Source: an uncultured Deferribacteres bacterium
GTDB lineage: Bacteria; Zhuqueibacterota; Zhuqueibacteria; Zhuqueibacterales; Geothermadaptataceae
Length of the DNA: 34,257 nucleotides
Assembly (NCBI GenBank): GCA_964014485.1
Contig: CAXHAT010000079.1
Span: 1-34,257, forward strand
Reading direction: 5' to 3'
Shown here one piece after another: positions 25,328 through 34,257 of this stretch; position 1 is the first letter of the stretch; every line of letters starts with the position of its first letter. The notes beneath the pieces were generated by a model that saw nothing but the letters and a program-made list of their open reading frames with translations, had not been told where the DNA came from and made no database searches. A program made the translations under genes and the position numbers.

Positions 25328-26620
25328 TTAGTCTAATGCGTTCATTACTTTCGCGATGCGTTCAATCGCCCAATGCAAGCCTGCGTCGTCGATGACCAGC
25401 GGCGGAGCAAAGCGAATGATGTCACCGTGGGTCGGCTTGGCGAGCACGCCGTTTTCCTTGAGTGAAACGCAAACGTCCCAAGCCGTTTTGCCGCTCTTCG
25501 TAGGCTTGATCACAACAGCATTCAGCAAGCCTTTTCCGCGAACAAGGGTAACAGCGTCGTTGGCGTCGACGATCTTTTGCATTTCTTGCCTGAAGGTGAC
25601 GCCAAGGCGTTCGGCGTTTTCGGAGAGTTCCTCGTCCTTCAGCACGTCCAACGCTGCAATCGCAACTTTGCACGCCAGCGGATTGCCGCCGTAGGTTGAA
25701 CCGTGTTCGCCAGGCTGAATTGAAAGCATAACCTCATCATCCGCGAGAACGGCGGAAACGGGAAGCACGCCGCCGGAAAGCGCTTTGCCTAAAATCAAAA
25801 CGTCAGGGCGCACATTTTCATGATCACAAGCCAGCATTTTTCCTGTTCTGGCAAGACCGGTCTGCACTTCGTCAGCGATCATCAGCACGTTTTTGGCTTT
25901 CGTGAGTTCGCGAACCTTGGTCAAATATCCTTCATCGGGAACCATCACGCCCGCTTCGCCTTGAATCGGTTCAACAAGAAATCCGGCGACATTCGGGTCT
26001 TCCAAAGCTTTTGCCAAAGCGTCGGCGTCGTTGTAAGGAATGACCTCTACGCCGGGCAGGTACGGGCCGAATCCGCTCTTGCTCTCAGGGTCAGTTGAAC
26101 CGGAAATCACGCCCAGCGTTCTGCCATGGAAATTGCCTTCCGCGAAGAGAATCTTTGCCTGATTTTCCGGCACGCCTTTGACTTTGTACGCCCATTTTCT
26201 GCACAATTTGAGCGCGGTTTCAACGCCTTCAACGCCGGTGTTCATCGGCAGAACTTTGTCAAAGCCGAACATTTCTGTGATATATTTTTCGTAATCCCCG
26301 AGCACGCTGTTGTAGAAAGCGCGCGAGGTCAAGGTCAACTTTTTGGCTTGATCAACCAGCGCTTCGAGGATGCGCGGATGTCCGTGTCCCTGATTAACGG
26401 CGGAATATGCCGAGAGAAAATCCATGTACTTTCGGCCTTCCACATCCCAAACCCATACGCCCTCGCCGCGATCAATCACAACGCCGAGCGGGTGATAATT
26501 GTGCGCGCCGTACTTGTCTTCCAGCGCAATAAATTCTTCTGAAGTCCTCCCCAGCATCGTTGTTTTAGCGTGGCCGTTTTTCGCTGTTTTGGATACTGTC
26601 ATCGCATCTGTTGCGCTCAT
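25328..26620 (-). CDS. rocD: Ornithine--oxo-acid aminotransferase
   Basis: [53 protein letters not shown] lysine in LGKALSGG, and [10 protein letters not shown]. Confidence 0.95.
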   Translation of the reverse strand: MSATDAMTVSKTAKNGHAKTTMLGRTSEEFIALEDKYGAHNYHPLGVVIDRGEGVWVWDVEGRKYMDFLSAYSAVNQGHGHPRILEALVDQAKKLTLTSRAFYNSVLGDYEKYITEMFGFDKVLPMNTGVEGVETALKLCRKWAYKVKGVPENQAKILFAEGNFHGRTLGVISGSTDPESKSGFGPYLPGVEVIPYNDADALAKALEDPNVAGFLVEPIQGEAGVMVPDEGYLTKVRELTKAKNVLMIADEVQTGLARTGKMLACDHENVRPDVLILGKALSGGVLPVSAVLADDEVMLSIQPGEHGSTYGGNPLACKVAIAALDVLKDEELSENAERLGVTFRQEMQKIVDANDAVTLVRGKGLLNAVVIKPTKSGKTAWDVCVSLKENGVLAKPTHGDIIRFAPPLVIDDAGLHWAIERIAKVMNALD

Positions 26621-26677
26621 GATGCGCCTCCTTTGGATTCGTCCGTCGTTTTGAGAGAGCGTCGAGATAGCCCTTCA

Positions 26678-26769
26678 TTGTCATGCTGTAAGCATCTTTT
26701 TTAACCTAACCCTTGAGATTTAAACGTAATCTGTACCGGGCGATAACAAAGATTCTTCCAGAATGACAA
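26678..26769. repeat. Inverted doublet of TGTCAT-hairpin repeats (same family as inside the 23127 MITE)
   Basis: TTGTCATGCTGTAAGCATCTTTTT (26678-26701) faces AAAGATTCTTCCAGAATGACAA (26748-26769). Confidence 0.8.
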
Positions 26770-26954
26770 GCTAAGCGACATATTAGACGCCTCTGACAAT
26801 TGCATAAACTTTTTTGAGCGAAGAGAGCGGCGAAGCGTGGCAAGAAAGTCGGTGGCCGGTCGCGTCAAAAAAGGATTATTAGGGGCGGAAAATAGCGACC
26901 CGTTTGCTGAACTCCAACTGTTTTTTTGAAAAGAAAAGACGAGTAGCGGGTGAA

Positions 26955-27029
26955 TGGAGTGATGGAATGTTGGATATTTGGAGCAAGTTAATACGTGCGT
27001 CAAACTTCCCGAATTCCATCTCTCCAAAA
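26955..27029. repeat. Degenerate octamer tandem repeat (TGGAnnnn x4) with an inverted counterpart
   Basis: TGGAGTGA TGGAATGT TGGATATT TGGAGCAA (26955-26986) and TTCCCGAA TTCCATCT CTCCAAAA (27006-27029). Confidence 0.5.
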
Positions 27030-27081
27030 AATTTGAATGAATTGGTAAGCGCTTCAGTTTTTTTCGGGCGGCGATTTCATT

Positions 27082-28284
27082 TCAATCGGCGTACATCGAA
27101 TTCGCCTTTTCCAGCGCTTCCTGGTATTTGACCCCTGAGCCGGTATTGAAAGCGATGACCCGTTCGTGCGGCTTGATCCAGCCTTGCGCGAGAAGTTGCT
27201 TGGCCGCCGCGATCACAGCGCCGCCTTCCGGGCACAAAATGAGTCCTGTGTCACGCCCAAAATCAGCCACTTCTTTGAGCAGAATGTTTTCGTCGACCGC
27301 GACTGCCGTGCCGTTGCTCTCACGTATCCCGCGCAAAATGAGAAAATCTCCAACTGCGACCGGCACGCGCAATCCCGCAGCCATCGTTTGGCCGTTTTCC
27401 CACGGCTCCGCTTTTTCATCGCCTTGCTCAAAAGCGCGAATAATCGGCGCGCAACCCGATGCTTGTACGCTTACCATGCGCGGACGCTTGGAGCCGATCC
27501 AGCCGAGTTTTTCCATTTCGTCAAACGCTTTCCACATACCGACCAGGCCGGTGCCGCCGCCAGTCGGGTAAAGAATCACGTCCGGCAAATCCCACTCGAA
27601 TTGCTCGGCCAGTTCATAACCCATCGTTTTTTTGCCTTCCAGACGGTACGGCTCCTTCAAGGTCGAAACGTCGAACCAGCCTTCTTTTTCCTTGCGCTCG
27701 GCGACCATTCGGCCGCAATCATTAATTAAGCCGTCGATCAAGTTGACGTGAGCGCCAAGGGTTTCACATTCTGAAACAATGATTTTTGGCGCGTCATTGG
27801 GCATAAAAACGTGACACTCAATGCCGACGGCGGCGCAATAGGTCGCGGTCGCGCTGGCGGCGTTTCCGGCTGAGGGCAGTGCGATTTTTTTAACGCCCAA
27901 TTCCAATGCTCGAGAAACCGCCAAAGCCAGACCGCGCGCCTTAAAAGAAAGCGACGGATTGGCGGCTTCGTCTTTGACATAAAGATTTTCAAAACCGTGT
28001 TTCCGGTTCCAATTTTCGAGTCTCAAAAGCGGCGTCCAGCCTTCGCCCAAGCGAATGCGATTTTCCGGCTTTTGGACGGGCAGCATGGGTGAATAGCGCC
28101 AAAGCGATCTTTCAAGCGCAGGGATTGTTTTCTTTGGAAAAGCTTCCCGTGCGCGTTCGAGATCGTATTTTACCAGCAGCGGAACGCCCGCCGGGCTGAG
28201 ATTGTGTAATTCATTCAGCGGAAATTGTTCGCCTGTACGACTGCATTCCAAATGCGTCGCGAAAGATTCTGTTGTAAAATTCAT
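27082..28284 (-). CDS. thrC: Threonine synthase family PLP enzyme
   Basis: SLWRY, LGEGWTPL, KDE..NPSLSFKARG, SAGNA, EGKKTMGYE, YPTGGG and FNTGSGVKY. Confidence 0.85.
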   Translation of the reverse strand: MNFTTESFATHLECSRTGEQFPLNELHNLSPAGVPLLVKYDLERAREAFPKKTIPALERSLWRYSPMLPVQKPENRIRLGEGWTPLLRLENWNRKHGFENLYVKDEAANPSLSFKARGLALAVSRALELGVKKIALPSAGNAASATATYCAAVGIECHVFMPNDAPKIIVSECETLGAHVNLIDGLINDCGRMVAERKEKEGWFDVSTLKEPYRLEGKKTMGYELAEQFEWDLPDVILYPTGGGTGLVGMWKAFDEMEKLGWIGSKRPRMVSVQASGCAPIIRAFEQGDEKAEPWENGQTMAAGLRVPVAVGDFLILRGIRESNGTAVAVDENILLKEVADFGRDTGLILCPEGGAVIAAAKQLLAQGWIKPHERVIAFNTGSGVKYQEALEKANSMYAD

Positions 28285-28310
28285 TGATTTCCTTCAATAT
28301 CTTGCGTTCG

Positions 28311-28338
28311 GTAGAGACGCGATGCATCGCGTCTCTAC
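28311..28338. repeat. 28-bp perfect GTAG REP palindrome
   Basis: GTAGAGACGCGATGCATCGCGTCTCTAC, between the M14 peptidase stop and the thrC start. Confidence 0.85.
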
Positions 28339-28352
28339 AATGCAAATGTGGT

Positions 28353-31217
28353 CTATTGTTGCCAATTCTCATGCAATCCCCACTCATTTCCAGCGGGACG
28401 ATTGCCCGCTGCATCGTCTTTCGGGCGTTCGGGCCAGCCGGTGCGCAGATCGTTCCAGTGCAGCATGGCGTTGAAGACAAAGGCGTGACTGCCGCGCGTT
28501 TCCCAGCGCCAGAACGGGCGGTTGGCGAAAAGAATCACATGCCCGTCTCCCACTGGTGCGTCGACGATTGCCGGGGCTCCCGCCATTTCGCTTTCGCCGG
28601 AAAGCATGCCGCTTAACAAAATGTTTTTCTTGGCAAAATTGACCACGGCGCGCGGCACTTCTTCTTGCCAAATCGCTTCCTTGGTCTTTTCCGGCGTACG
28701 AAATCCGCCCAGATTTTTGTTGATGCTGAACACCGGCCCACGACTAAAATAGACCGCCGCCGTATCGGCGTAGCCGTAAGTGATCGGGCTCTTTTTATCC
28801 GTAATTTCCGCCCGAACCACGCTGCCGCGTACGGTCAATTTCTGGGTGCGACGCACGCTAACACGCCGAGTCATCGCCATGTCAATCGGAAAAGAAGCCG
28901 TCCGTCCTTCAGTGATAAAAACGCCGCCGCTGGAGATAAAATCATGCAAATTTTTCAAACCGTCAAAGCCCATGCCCCGGCGCGTATCGTCGGTCTCGTC
29001 GATTTTGCCGATGTGCTTGTATTCCGACGTATTTTTCCAGGGCGTTGGTTCGCCGGCCATTGAATTTCCTTGCACCAGCGTCCGCGGATTCGCCCGTGAG
29101 TTCGGCATCACAATCACGTCGAATTGCGACAAGTCTTCCGTCGCCAAATCCTGCTCGCTCAGGTAAGTGTAGGGAATGCCGATGTCGTCAAAAGCGTGCC
29201 GCCACCAGCCTGCGTCCTGCGGCGTGGACACCCAGGTATGCACAAAAGCGATGCGCGGCGTTTCCACTTCGTGCGTCGCTACGTCCGGCGTTTTTTTCAC
29301 CGCTTCAACTCGTAAGCCAAGCTCTTCCGCAGCTTCCTTCACAGCATCACCAAAGCCGTCGTCATTGTCGTCGGATTTGATGATAAAGCTGCCGGCGGCG
29401 TATTTCTTTTTGCCCGCCGTAAAAGCCGCCTCAGCCGCGTGAAACTTCACGTCTTTCAGCTTGAAACGCAAAACGGTGAAATTGTCGTCCGTGGTATTGT
29501 TCACCAGATAAACCCCGCCGCTTCCGGCGACTTTCCCTTCCGGCTGCAATTCTTCCTGCAGCAAACTCATTTTTGCGGCAAGCACGCCGGAATCATTGAC
29601 TTTGTGCATTTCAACCTGGTACAGGAGAGGCAGCGTCCAGCCAGTATCATCGTAGGGCGGGCGCTGATCTTTGGGGAAATTTTGTTTATCGAGAAGGACG
29701 CGCGCCAGCGTGCGGTAGGGCTGATCGAGACGAATAACGAAATCGCCTTTTGCGGCACTGGCCATTTTTTGAGTGTCGGATTTATCGGCTTTCCCGTTGC
29801 CGGCCTTGCCGTTCGTTGCCGCTTTTTTCCCGCTCGACCAGGAAATATTCTCATCAGCGACATGCACTTCCAAGCCCTGAGTGCGAAGCAAATTGACCAA
29901 TTCAAGCGTTGCGATGGAGCGGCGCTGTTCACGCGGAATAACGTAGGCGTACGGCGCTTCTTCCTTGCCCTTGCGAATCGCATTCTGCGTTTTGATGTAA
30001 AAATTCTCCACGAAGCGCCTTCGATTGTTCGCCGTGTAATTCAACGCTGTCAGCACGCCGCTTTGCATATAATTCGTGTTGTTGCGCAGCGACCACATGG
30101 TTTTTTTGAGCGGGGGATTCGAGCGATACCATTGTTTAGAAGTGGAGCGCGAAGTTAAAGTCCGCTCCACCGTCTCCGGCGTAGAGTTGCCGAACGTTTC
30201 ATAAAATCGGCCAATGCCGTTGCGAACATTGGCGATCCAGGTCAAGTAGTTCGCCGCCCAGCCGTTGTAAAAAGCGTGCGTCCAAACGCCGGGCATGCCT
30301 TCCCGCGTCAATTGCGACACTTCCTCAAAAGCAAGGTTGTGCCATTCGTCAACAGTGATTGGGTCGATGTTCTCGTTGAATGGTCCCAAACCGGTGGAGA
30401 CATAAAGATAAGGCACGGATTCATGCAGATCGTGCATGACCGTGGCTTTCCAGTGCAGGTATGACTGCAAAAGATTACGCGTCAGCGCCAGCGCGAGACC
30501 GTAGCCGTCGCGGTTGTTATCGTGGGCGACGTAATGTCCCCAGTAAGGCAGGCCGGGGCCGACGCCGTCATTCTTCAGGCGGTAGTTGATCACGTCAACC
30601 ATGCGGTCGCGGCCGTCCGGCTCCGCTGCGGGCGTGAAAATGACAATCGCATTATCGCGAATGTTCTTGATCATCGGATCATCGGAAACGGCCAAACGGT
30701 AGGTCATTTCCATGATCATCTCCGGCGAACCAGTCTCCGGCGAGTGCAAACCGCAGGTGATGTAGTAAATCGGCTTGGCTTTCGAGATAATTTCCTGCGC
30801 TTCTTCCTCGCTCAAATTGCGCGGATCAGCAAGCTGATTGAGATAAGTTCGATAAGTATCAAGGTTAGCAATAGTCTCGTCGTTGGCGATGATCACCTCG
30901 ATCATCTCGCGATTCTCTTCCGTCATGCCAATGTTGCGCACCAGCACGCGCGGCGAAGCGTCTCCCACCTTGCGCAGGTAGCCATAAATTTCGTCGGTGT
31001 AATGCAAAACATTCGGCGCGCCGATAATATCGCCAAAATGCGCCATCGGCGAGGGGACGGTGGAAGATGCGGGCAGATGGTCAATCATGGGGTTGAGATA
31101 TTGCTCGTCCGTGGTGTATTCACGGATTTTTTCCGCGTACGCTTCGTCCATTTGCTGCTGCGCCAAGGCGGCGGCGGGGATGAGCATGATTACAAAAAAC
31201 AACAAAGACTTTCGCAT
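28353..31217 (-). CDS. Secreted M14-family zinc carboxypeptidase with C-terminal glutamine-amidotransferase-like domain
   Basis: Signal peptide (…AAALA|QQ); zinc motif GLHSPE, HDNNRD and HDLHE; YDDTGWTLPL; 954 aa. Confidence 0.85.
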   Translation of the reverse strand: MRKSLLFFVIMLIPAAALAQQQMDEAYAEKIREYTTDEQYLNPMIDHLPASSTVPSPMAHFGDIIGAPNVLHYTDEIYGYLRKVGDASPRVLVRNIGMTEENREMIEVIIANDETIANLDTYRTYLNQLADPRNLSEEEAQEIISKAKPIYYITCGLHSPETGSPEMIMEMTYRLAVSDDPMIKNIRDNAIVIFTPAAEPDGRDRMVDVINYRLKNDGVGPGLPYWGHYVAHDNNRDGYGLALALTRNLLQSYLHWKATVMHDLHESVPYLYVSTGLGPFNENIDPITVDEWHNLAFEEVSQLTREGMPGVWTHAFYNGWAANYLTWIANVRNGIGRFYETFGNSTPETVERTLTSRSTSKQWYRSNPPLKKTMWSLRNNTNYMQSGVLTALNYTANNRRRFVENFYIKTQNAIRKGKEEAPYAYVIPREQRRSIATLELVNLLRTQGLEVHVADENISWSSGKKAATNGKAGNGKADKSDTQKMASAAKGDFVIRLDQPYRTLARVLLDKQNFPKDQRPPYDDTGWTLPLLYQVEMHKVNDSGVLAAKMSLLQEELQPEGKVAGSGGVYLVNNTTDDNFTVLRFKLKDVKFHAAEAAFTAGKKKYAAGSFIIKSDDNDDGFGDAVKEAAEELGLRVEAVKKTPDVATHEVETPRIAFVHTWVSTPQDAGWWRHAFDDIGIPYTYLSEQDLATEDLSQFDVIVMPNSRANPRTLVQGNSMAGEPTPWKNTSEYKHIGKIDETDDTRRGMGFDGLKNLHDFISSGGVFITEGRTASFPIDMAMTRRVSVRRTQKLTVRGSVVRAEITDKKSPITYGYADTAAVYFSRGPVFSINKNLGGFRTPEKTKEAIWQEEVPRAVVNFAKKNILLSGMLSGESEMAGAPAIVDAPVGDGHVILFANRPFWRWETRGSHAFVFNAMLHWNDLRTGWPERPKDDAAGNRPAGNEWGLHENWQQ

Positions 31218-31315
31218 GGCAAGGCTCCGAGATTAAACGACTCGACAAAACTCTCTGGCGAGAAGCTAACCTCGGAAGGCCCCAAACAAAAAATCTTTCA
31301 GACGAGAATGAGCAG

Positions 31316-31457
31316 AAGGAGTGCAAAGCTTGCTTTGCCTCTTATTTGGCCAAAGGGAAAAGCGGAAATTAGTCCTGGACATACCGCTCGCTTTCAATGT
31401 TCGCGGCACGTCAAGGAAGGCCTGCAACGGCGGAGCAAGGCAAGCCTTGCACTCCTT
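31316..31457. repeat. GGAG-type REP doublet (REPIN/BIME-like)
   Basis: AAGGAGTGCAAAGCTTGCTTTGC (31316-31338) and the inverted AAGGAGTGCAAGGCTTGCCTTGC (31435-31457, minus strand). Confidence 0.8.
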
Positions 31458-31458
31458 T

Positions 31459-34257
31459 TTAGTTCGGGGCGCTCTTTCGCGGTTTGAGCAGGTCACGGAA
31501 AGCCTCGATCGTGACTGATCGCGTATTCCATTTTTCGTTGAAATGTTTCAGCGCTTCCGGCACAGGCGGCATATTGAACGGGTAGCTCTCAAGCGCGTGA
31601 AAAGGCAGGGGCGCAACGGCTTTTCCGGTGGCGGTGTTCAAGTCGCCGTCCTTCACCCAGCCGTCGCTGTAAATGAGAAAATCGCGTTTCCAACCTTTCG
31701 GCAAATCGGGCAATTTGTCAGCATCAAACTCAACGGTAATTTCATCCCCGGCGTTCATGATCACATACTGATCGTCAGATTCTTGCAATAGCTCCAGCAC
31801 ATCGCCAAATCGTGTGTAATCGCCGATGAGATCGAGCCATTTGGGATCAGTGGAAACGTCGCCGTAATCAAACCAGTGCGGCCCGTAGCGCCCGCCCTTG
31901 CGGTATTCGCGCGAAAAACCGCGATAGTGCAGATCGGCGGAAATCGGAGCGAGTTCCGTTTGAACAAGCTCGGCTTCCGGCTCTTCATCAGTGTAAAAAA
32001 TGTAATCCCAATAAATTTGCATGTTGGTGCGAATGCGGACGCGGTAATCGTCCGTCAGAAATTTCCCGGCCAAGTCAAGCACCACGGTTTTATTCTTGCC
32101 CATCGGAAAACCAAATGCCGGAATGATCGTTTGCCATTCGCCAGCGGCGTTTGGAACTTGAATCAACGGCGCAACCGCGTTAATGGCGCTGGATTGCCGC
32201 ACGGCGACGTTGATGCTCGCGTCCGCCGGGAAAATCCAGCCATTGAGAAAAAGTCGCACATTTCCCGGATTTTCGACTTCGCCCAAATCAAGAACAAGAT
32301 CATGCAATTCGGTGTACCCCTGGTAGCGCGCAGGCTTGAAATTCGAAATGTAGACGTCGTCTTTTTGAGAAATCTTTTCAAGCAAGTCGTTGCCTCGGTC
32401 GTCGAAAGCGGCTTTGGGGAGAAAGCGCCGCCCGGTTTTGTAAATGCGATGCTCCGGAAAAGGCGGCGGTGTGAAGCGTTCGTCGAGGAAAATATCCATC
32501 GATTCGGGATGATCGACGGCGATCAGGCGGAACTTGTCAACGTAGGCGGCTTCCCACAATTCCTCGGTGATTTGCAGCGAATATTTTCCGTCCTTCGGCT
32601 TGAGTTTTTCGCCGGGCAGGAACAAAAATTCGTCCGTCGACTTCGGCGAAGCGAACGCCGCACTGCCGCCCATAATTCCCAATGGCATGCCCAGAGCGCT
32701 TTTCCACATAATATCGGTGTGGAATTCGTATCGTTCGCCGTTCCAGGTATAAATAAACGGGCATGAGCCTTTCAACGTTTGTTGCTCGATCAAATCCTGA
32801 TCGCTGCCGGGCAGAAAAATATTCTGCGGTGATCCGTTTGGCCACAACACGCGCACCACATCCGCTTTCAAGCGCTGCTTAAGTCCCAGGTGCGTCATTG
32901 GCGAAGTAATCGTGCGCAATTGGTAGAGATCGCCCGCGCGGACTTCCAATTTTGAACCGATGCCGTAATAATTGTTCTTGCCACTGCCCGCTTTAAGACC
33001 GACCAACTTTAATTTCAAGTACTTGTTGGCGTTACCGCCGTCGTTGCGAATCAATCGGACTTGCCCGTCCAAGCCGCTTGCGACAAAATCCATGTCGCCG
33101 TCTTCGTTGTAGTCCATCAAAGCAAAGTTTCGTGCGCTTTTCAGCTCATCAGGAAGCAGCGATGAAGCGTCGGTGAAAACGCCGGTTCCATCGTTGTGAA
33201 AAAGAAAGACGGCCTTTTCTGAGTCTGAATTGGCGCGCCCTACGACTAGTAAATCCAGAAAACCGTCGTTGTCAAAATCAAAGAATTCTGCGTCGAGGGC
33301 GCTGATGCCGACGAGTTTTTCTCGAAGTGCGTTTGAGCGCGTATCGGCTTTGAAAGATGCTGCGCCGTCGTTAGCCAACAAAGCATAGCCGCCCGTCCCC
33401 ATTCCCAAAAAAATGTCGAGAAAGCCGTCGCTGTTAAAATCCCCCTGTGCAATCGCGTTAGCACCGCTGAAATCGCCGACGCCGTTGCTTGCGGCAATAT
33501 TTTCAAATTGCCCTTGTCGTAAATTGCCAAAAAATGACGGCGCCGCGCCATCATTCTGTGCGATAAAATCCAGGTCGCCGTCATCGTCGAAGTCGCCGAA
33601 AACGGCTTCTCGGCTATTTTTTTCGCCGCCGTCCAGCAGCATTTTTTCCGCTTGTTCGGTAAACGTGCCGTCGAGGTTGTTTTGCAGGAATTGGTTTTTG
33701 CCGTCATTCAAGAGATAAATGTCCAGGTCGCCGTCATGATCCAAATCCACGAATATTGCCCCGCGATTCCCTGAGTATTCGCCGACGCCCGTCGAATTTG
33801 TGACGTTATCAAATTTACCCACGTCGATGTTGCGGTAGAGCGCATTACCTTGGTCGTTAGTGATGAACAGATCCAGAAAGCCGTCATTGTCATAATCAGC
33901 GAAAATTGCAGCAAGATCGCGCCCCGGATGGTTGACGCCCGCCGATTCGGTAATGTCGATAAATTGCCCGAAATCATTTTTGAGCAAGTATCGCCGGTAT
34001 TCGCCGTCAATTTCACGCGCGCTGGAAATGTACAAGTCTTGCTGGCGGTCGCCGTCAAAATCAGCGACGGCGATGACAGTGCCGTTTTCAAAACCAGTGA
34101 GCGGTTCATGCTGAATTTGCGGTATGTCCGCCGGGCCGCTGGCCTCAGTAAACTTCATCATTTCGACAATGTTCGCCTGGTCGTCCGAGCGGATCGAAAT
34201 GTCCTGCCTGATTGTCAGAAGTGGTTTGCCGACGTGCGCATCTGAAATGCCCTTGAG
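31459..34257 (-). CDS. FG-GAP repeat / ASPIC-UnbV (CRTAC1-like) domain protein, 5' partial
   Basis: Seven D-[FYL]-[DN]-x-D-G/R-x-x-D Ca-binding repeats; N..GIGSKLEV...HLGL....DVVRVLWPNG (ASPIC/UnbV); KGSCPFIYTWNG domain. The frame stays open to the window edge. Confidence 0.88.
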   Translation of the reverse strand, partial: LKGISDAHVGKPLLTIRQDISIRSDDQANIVEMMKFTEASGPADIPQIQHEPLTGFENGTVIAVADFDGDRQQDLYISSAREIDGEYRRYLLKNDFGQFIDITESAGVNHPGRDLAAIFADYDNDGFLDLFITNDQGNALYRNIDVGKFDNVTNSTGVGEYSGNRGAIFVDLDHDGDLDIYLLNDGKNQFLQNNLDGTFTEQAEKMLLDGGEKNSREAVFGDFDDDGDLDFIAQNDGAAPSFFGNLRQGQFENIAASNGVGDFSGANAIAQGDFNSDGFLDIFLGMGTGGYALLANDGAASFKADTRSNALREKLVGISALDAEFFDFDNDGFLDLLVVGRANSDSEKAVFLFHNDGTGVFTDASSLLPDELKSARNFALMDYNEDGDMDFVASGLDGQVRLIRNDGGNANKYLKLKLVGLKAGSGKNNYYGIGSKLEVRAGDLYQLRTITSPMTHLGLKQRLKADVVRVLWPNGSPQNIFLPGSDQDLIEQQTLKGSCPFIYTWNGERYEFHTDIMWKSALGMPLGIMGGSAAFASPKSTDEFLFLPGEKLKPKDGKYSLQITEELWEAAYVDKFRLIAVDHPESMDIFLDERFTPPPFPEHRIYKTGRRFLPKAAFDDRGNDLLEKISQKDDVYISNFKPARYQGYTELHDLVLDLGEVENPGNVRLFLNGWIFPADASINVAVRQSSAINAVAPLIQVPNAAGEWQTIIPAFGFPMGKNKTVVLDLAGKFLTDDYRVRIRTNMQIYWDYIFYTDEEPEAELVQTELAPISADLHYRGFSREYRKGGRYGPHWFDYGDVSTDPKWLDLIGDYTRFGDVLELLQESDDQYVIMNAGDEITVEFDADKLPDLPKGWKRDFLIYSDGWVKDGDLNTATGKAVAPLPFHALESYPFNMPPVPEALKHFNEKWNTRSVTIEAFRDLLKPRKSAPN

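Noticed and set aside
26783..26801. TAGACGCCTCTGACAATT, resembling an IS end and similar to 11986-12004 on the minus strand
   Set aside because: No matching partner inverted repeat could be found nearby for either copy.
18904..31457. Palindromic repeats as a possible CRISPR array or integron attC cassette array
   Set aside because: The repeats are dispersed singly or as inverted doublets, with no regular spacers and no cas or intI gene. They lie between housekeeping genes in both orientations.
30522..31487. 321-aa plus-strand ORF
   Set aside because: Antisense shadow of the M14 peptidase that runs through a REP doublet; no recognisable motifs.
31876..32766. 296-aa plus-strand ORF
   Set aside because: Antisense to the well-supported FG-GAP/ASPIC gene.

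Overview
A ~50% GC bacterial chromosomal segment. A 'LAQNYPNPFNP' secretion-tail domain and a Bacteroidota-like topoisomerase subunit A suggest an FCB-group organism such as KSB1 or Calditrichota (inference). It holds about 22 genes: a MazEF-type toxin-antitoxin pair, parC/gyrA, a sigma-54 enhancer-binding protein, an orphan peptide-binding lipoprotein, a GumC/Wzz plus CpsD-like pair, a secreted D-aminoacylase-like enzyme, rseP, archease, ispH, DUF1800 plus DUF1501, an SMP-30 lactonase, a flippase plus GT4, rocD, a thrC-like gene, an M14 peptidase and a partial FG-GAP/ASPIC protein. I saw no CRISPR array, rRNA, tRNA or transposase gene. Four signals stand out. (1) The TA module lies between two diverged copies of the first 102 bp of the topoisomerase gene. 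(2) A divergent sigma-54 locus pairs an activator with a degenerate receiver domain and a tyrosine kinase with degenerate catalytic motifs. (3) A second sigma-54-like promoter, with phased TGTAC-N6-GTACA boxes, precedes the uncharacterised DUF1800/DUF1501 pair; DUF1501 carries both a Tat-like leader and a secretion tail. (4) Many intergenic gaps contain REP-like hairpins with compensatory base changes, and four of these sit inside unrelated MITE-like terminal inverted repeats. All calls come from reading motifs by eye; no database searches were run.
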